Of a stretch of 64,000 nt of DNA, positions 58,694 through 64,000 are shown piece by piece. Source of the stretch: the human T2T-CHM13v2.0 reference genome, Homo sapiens. Position 1 is the first letter of the stretch; every line of letters starts with the position of its first letter. A model generated the notes under the pieces. It had not been told where the DNA came from and did not search any database. It saw only the letters and a list, made by a program, of their open reading frames with translations. The position numbers and the translations under genes are program-made. The DNA lies in assembly GCF_009914755.1 (NCBI RefSeq), contig NC_060933.1; one strand, 5' to 3'.

Positions 58694-58823
58694 CTGTTTC
58701 ACAGCCTTTTAATGTTAAAGGCTGGGTGGATGAGCTTGAATTTGTAATGAATCTTCTGTCATGGGCATCAAAGCTGTTTCAAACTGTAAGGGTAGAAAAG
58801 GTGGAATCCGTTTCCTCACCCAT

Positions 58824-59959
<1,136 letters not shown>

Positions 59960-59964
59960 TCATC

Positions 59965-60585
59965 ATCAGGGCCATGGGTGACAGTTCTATAACAAAAGAC
60001 AGGTTCACAAGAGAAAAGCACACCAGATTTATTTAATCAAAGCTTTATGTGACAGGGAGGTGTCAGAAGTGGAGACTCAGAGACCCAGGGAAGATGGTCC
60101 CTGTGCTTAGAGTTGGTGGAGAACAGGCAGCCGTGTGGACAGGTGTCGGACGGCAGGGGATGCCTGTGGGGATGGACTGCGAGGCTGGCGAGGCCAGCTG
60201 TGCAGATCCCCCTTGGCCTCTCTGTGCAGTGCTTCTCCCCCCAGGGATGGGGTAGAACCCCCGGAGGGAGGGTCTTTTACGACCCACAGTCAGACAAGGT
60301 GGGCATGGCCAGCTCTTCCCCAGAAAGGCAGGTAGCGTTCGAGTCATGTTTCTAGGTCTCATGGCTGGCTTTGGGGGAGAGGGACTCTAGTGTCCATGGC
60401 CCACCTAGGGAAAGAGGAATTCTGGCTTCTGCAACTTGCTGCTGGGGAGAAAGAGGGCGGGAGAAAGGAGGGGAGGAGAAGGTTGGAAGAAGACTTCGGA
60501 TGCACCAGAGGCCTTCTGGTTTCCTTTAGTTCTGAATCCTCATGCCAGGCACCCTGCTTGTGGGGATCATGGTCTGAACCCCAAC
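59965..60585 (-). mobile_element. MER39/MER34-like ERV1 LTR
   Basis: The - strand starts TGTTGGGGTTCAGA; AATAAA on - near 60027. Confidence 0.55.
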
Positions 60586-60617
60586 AAACCATTTTTGCTG
60601 TTAAAATTAACATGATG

Positions 60618-60770
60618 GGGCCGGCCAGGTGCAATGGCTCACGCCTGTAATCCCAGCACTTTGAGAGGCTGAGGCAGGCGGATCACCTGAGGTTGGGAGT
60701 TTGAGACCAGCCTGACCAACATGGAGAAATCCTGTCTCTACTAAAAATACAAAAAAAAAAAAAAAAAAAA
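60618..60770 (+). mobile_element. Left-arm-only AluSp-like element with TSDs
   Basis: TSD AAAATTAACATGATG at 60603-60617 and 60769-60783. Confidence 0.88.
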
Positions 60771-62895
60771 AATTAACATGATGAACATCTTTGTTTTTAA
60801 AGAATAATTTCCTTCTGCAGGGACTGCTTTTGTGACCTCTAAAGCCTGTTTTAACCTTCTCATGGGGAAGCTCACCTTCCTCTCTCCTGTCCTTCTCTCC
60901 TGGATCTGTGACAGACAGGCTGCTTGGGGACCTGGCCTCTGAGGGGGTGTGAAGGCACCCCCCAATCCATAGTGCTGGGCACACAAAGGGTGTCTGGAAG
61001 CCCCTTGCTGACTTGAACTCAGAGTCCTCTCCCCTTCCGTGGCCTCCCGCCCCAGGCAGGAATCTCAGTTCAGAGCAGCAGAAAGAGAGCTGGTCTGGGG
61101 GGACCCTGGGTCTGCTCTGGTGCCTGGGACGGCCACCACCCCTCTCTCAGTGCTGGCCACACCCACAGCGAGTTCTCCCTCCTTTCCTGTCATTCCTGCT
61201 GGGCGCCTCCCCGAGGAAGGCCCCAGGGGGGTGGGTCCTGCAGAGGGAAGCTCGAGGGGGTGCACTCAGCTGCCACTGTCCGCCGCCTGTCCCTGGGGAG
61301 CATGGCAGCTGAGGGCAGGCCCCTCCCAGGACATGGGACCCCCCATGGCTGGAAGGTGACTGGGCCTTGCACACCCAGCTGGGGTAAGAGGGAGGGGCCT
61401 GGAGTCCAGCTTGGGGGCAGGATCTGGAGGGGGCTGGGCGGAGCATCCCTGGCGGTGGTTTGCTGGTCCAGGGCGCTGGGGCTTAAATGATCTGGTCCAG
61501 ACTCTGCCCTGTTGCGGGGGAGGGCTGGGGCCTGGCACTTGGAAGCTGTTTCCCAGGTCTCCACGGGGGCTGCCATAGGGGCCTCTGCCAATCTCCGGGG
61601 CTTCTCAGGAGCCACTGGTCCGCTAAGCCTCACTTTTCTCATCTGTAGGATGGATGCCACCTGTGCCCACCTCACCGCTGCCGTGCAGGGGGAGGGCAGC
61701 TGGCCGCGTTGATGCAGTTTGACAAAGGTCCCTCCAGACCAGTCTGACAGCTTCCCAGTTCCCCGGAAACGGGCCAAGCTGCATTCCAGGCCTGGCACCA
61801 GGGCCGAGGTCTCCGAGGGGACAGTAGGGCTGCCGTGTCTTGGGAAGGTGGGAGGCGGGGAGCAGATGCCGGGAATACTCATCCCACTCTGGGGGTCTTC
61901 TTCACCCCTGTTTTATGGAGGAGAAGACTGAAGCTCAGAGCTGCTGCCCAGGGTCACTTCTAGGTCACCTCATGCCCCCTGCTTTGGCCTATGCAACCCA
62001 CATCAGGCCTTCCTGAGGGAGCAGACCAGAGGGACAGCAGAGGGTGGGCAGGTGGGGCCTTCCCCGAGGAGGTCCTGCCCCTTGCCTCCTCCTTCCCACA
62101 GATGGGCTGCCCAGGGCCCCCAGGGGAGAAGGTCTCTGGCACCCAGCTGTCCGGTGTCCCCAACGTCCCCAGAGATGTCCCTGGTGATGACCCTGAAGAC
62201 TCGGACCTGGTGCCTTCCGTGACCCTGGCGCCTTCCGTGACCCTGGCTGCAGCCCTTGTCCTGCTGTTCCTCCTGCTCTCGGCCTGGCTGGTGTGGGACG
62301 GACCTTGCCAAAGCTGCTGCTAATGTGGGCTCCAGGAAAGTGTTGGGGGCCTGGGCCTGGCACGGAGTTAGGGGAGGCACAGCGGGGCCTCCCAGCGACA
62401 CCCTGGGCTGCACTCCATTCCACCCTTTCCCAAAGCAGCCCCAACGGGACCCCAAGACTCCCCAGCGGGGCCCCTGGGTGGCACCGGACTCTGCCATTGC
62501 AGGCAGGGGGCGTGCTCCTGGGGACGGCCCCGGATGTTGGGCTGAGAGCCTCGCGCAGCCCCGGCGCTCAGGCAGATCGGGCTCAAATCCACTTCCTCTC
62601 CAGGCTGGCTGCAGGACCTTGGCCCCGTCTGAATCTTTGCAAGGCCCTTTTGGGTATCGCAGTTAAAGCCAAGTGACCCCTAGGTACTGGTGAAATGAGC
62701 GGGTGAGTTGGAAGATGGGGGTTCTAGTCCAGGCTCTGCCCGTGCTGGGCTGTGACATGGGCAGGTGCCTTTTCCCACCTGGATCCTGGTTTCCCTGGTC
62801 ATCCAATGGGGCTCACAATACCCCACTTCTGGGCCCTGTTGGGAAGGCAGGTGCCGTGGGAGGCTGGGGCTGGGCCAGGCGGGTGCCCTGGTCTT

Positions 62896-62914
62896 TGCTG
62901 CCACCTGGTGGCTA
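62896..62914 (-). promoter_or_regulatory. CTCF core motif
   Basis: TAGCCACCAGGTGGCAGCA on -, with an upstream-motif-like TGCGATTC 6 nt further 5'. Confidence 0.7.
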
Positions 62915-63374
62915 CAGATAGAATCGCATCGTCTGCTGCATGGTGCCCTCTGGGTAGTCCAGGCCAGGGCTGAGGAGCTGAAGGCTTTTTATGTTTTGGT
63001 GCAGAACATTTTGAGATTGTGGATGTGGATAAGCACAAATCCTGTTACCCAGAGAGAACAGATTTTTAACATTTTCTATTTATCTTCTTTCCCCATCTCC
63101 ATATCTATAATCTCCTTAACAAAATCATAGGGCGGAGGTAAGTTGTGAGCCGGGCTCTAGAGTCAGAGAATGCTGCCTGTGGCCCTGGCCCAGGGCCCTG
63201 ATGCTCTTTTGTGCCGCAACAGCTCCCTCCCTGACCTCGACATAGGAAGCAGGGAAGCATTTTTAGGGCTGGGAGGAGTGTGGGAGACCTTCGGGCTGGA
63301 AGGTCTCCTGGAGGCTCCAAGACCCCCCACCGCCGTCTCTCACGGAACAAGTACTTGTCAAGATTTCTACTGTG

Positions 63375-63677
63375 GGCCGGGTGCGGTGGCTCAAGCCTGT
63401 AATCCCAGCACTTTGGGAGGCCGAGGCAGGTGGATCATCTGAGGTCAGGAGTTCGAGACCAGCCTGACCAACATGGAGAAACCCCGTCTCTACTAAAAAT
63501 ACAAAATTAGTTGGGCATGGTGGCGGCCACCTGAAGTCCCAGCTACTCAGGAGGCTGAAGCAGGAGAATTGCTTGAACCCAGGAGGCAGAAGTTGCGGTG
63601 AGCCGAGATTGAGCCATTGCACTCCAGCCTGAGCAAAAGAGTGAAACTCCGTCTCAAAAAAAAAAAGAAAAAAAAAA
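63375..63677 (+). mobile_element. AluSp-like element
   Basis: Full Alu with TSD ATTTCTACTGTG on both sides. Confidence 0.92.
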
Positions 63678-64000
63678 TTTCTACTGTGAGCCAGCCCCTG
63701 CGGGGAAACAGGGTAAACAGGATCCCTGACGGAGCTGGGGTATGACCAGGAATGGGAAGGCTGGACTCACTGCAGCATGCTGGGGCTGGGCTGGGTAAGT
63801 AGGGCCTGCAGGAAGGGGCAGATGAGCTCTAGGGTGTAGGAGGAGTAGGCCAGGGCCGGGGTCCCCAGGGAGGCTGTTCCAGGCAGAGGAACAGACTATG
63901 GGGAGTTCAGAAGTCACTCTGTGTTCTTCTGCACCAGCTACTGCTCCCCTCAGGGAACTGGAGGCCTCTGGAGCCTCCGAGAAGCAGCCACCGAGAAGGG

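Overview
Human-type (primate) genomic DNA, GC-rich and Alu-dense, recognisable as the 9q34 ADAMTS13-CACFD1-SLC2A6 cluster. The + strand carries ADAMTS13 exons 3-29 (749-35622; exons 1-2 lie upstream of the window) and the complete CACFD1/Flower gene (36509-45097, 172 aa, with an alternative exon giving 233 aa). The - strand carries the complete SLC2A6/GLUT6 gene (55466-48428, 507 aa), convergent with CACFD1. All exons were placed by hand from splice sites and phase, and every frame closes. The last ~8 kb is intergenic (Alus, ERV1 LTRs). Best leads: (1) an intact-frame but splice-dead extra TSP1-repeat exon in ADAMTS13 intron 22; (2) an open-frame candidate cassette exon in intron 16 that is phase-equivalent to exon 17; (3) a six-copy ~62-bp GC-box + ATGCTAATGAG array forming the CACFD1 promoter; (4) an acceptor-led transmembrane ORF at 62102; (5) a GC-AG intron and NF-kB sites in SLC2A6; (6) a strong CTCF motif at 62896. 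There are no prokaryotic systems or CRISPR arrays. Repeat coordinates are approximate and subfamily names are from memory.
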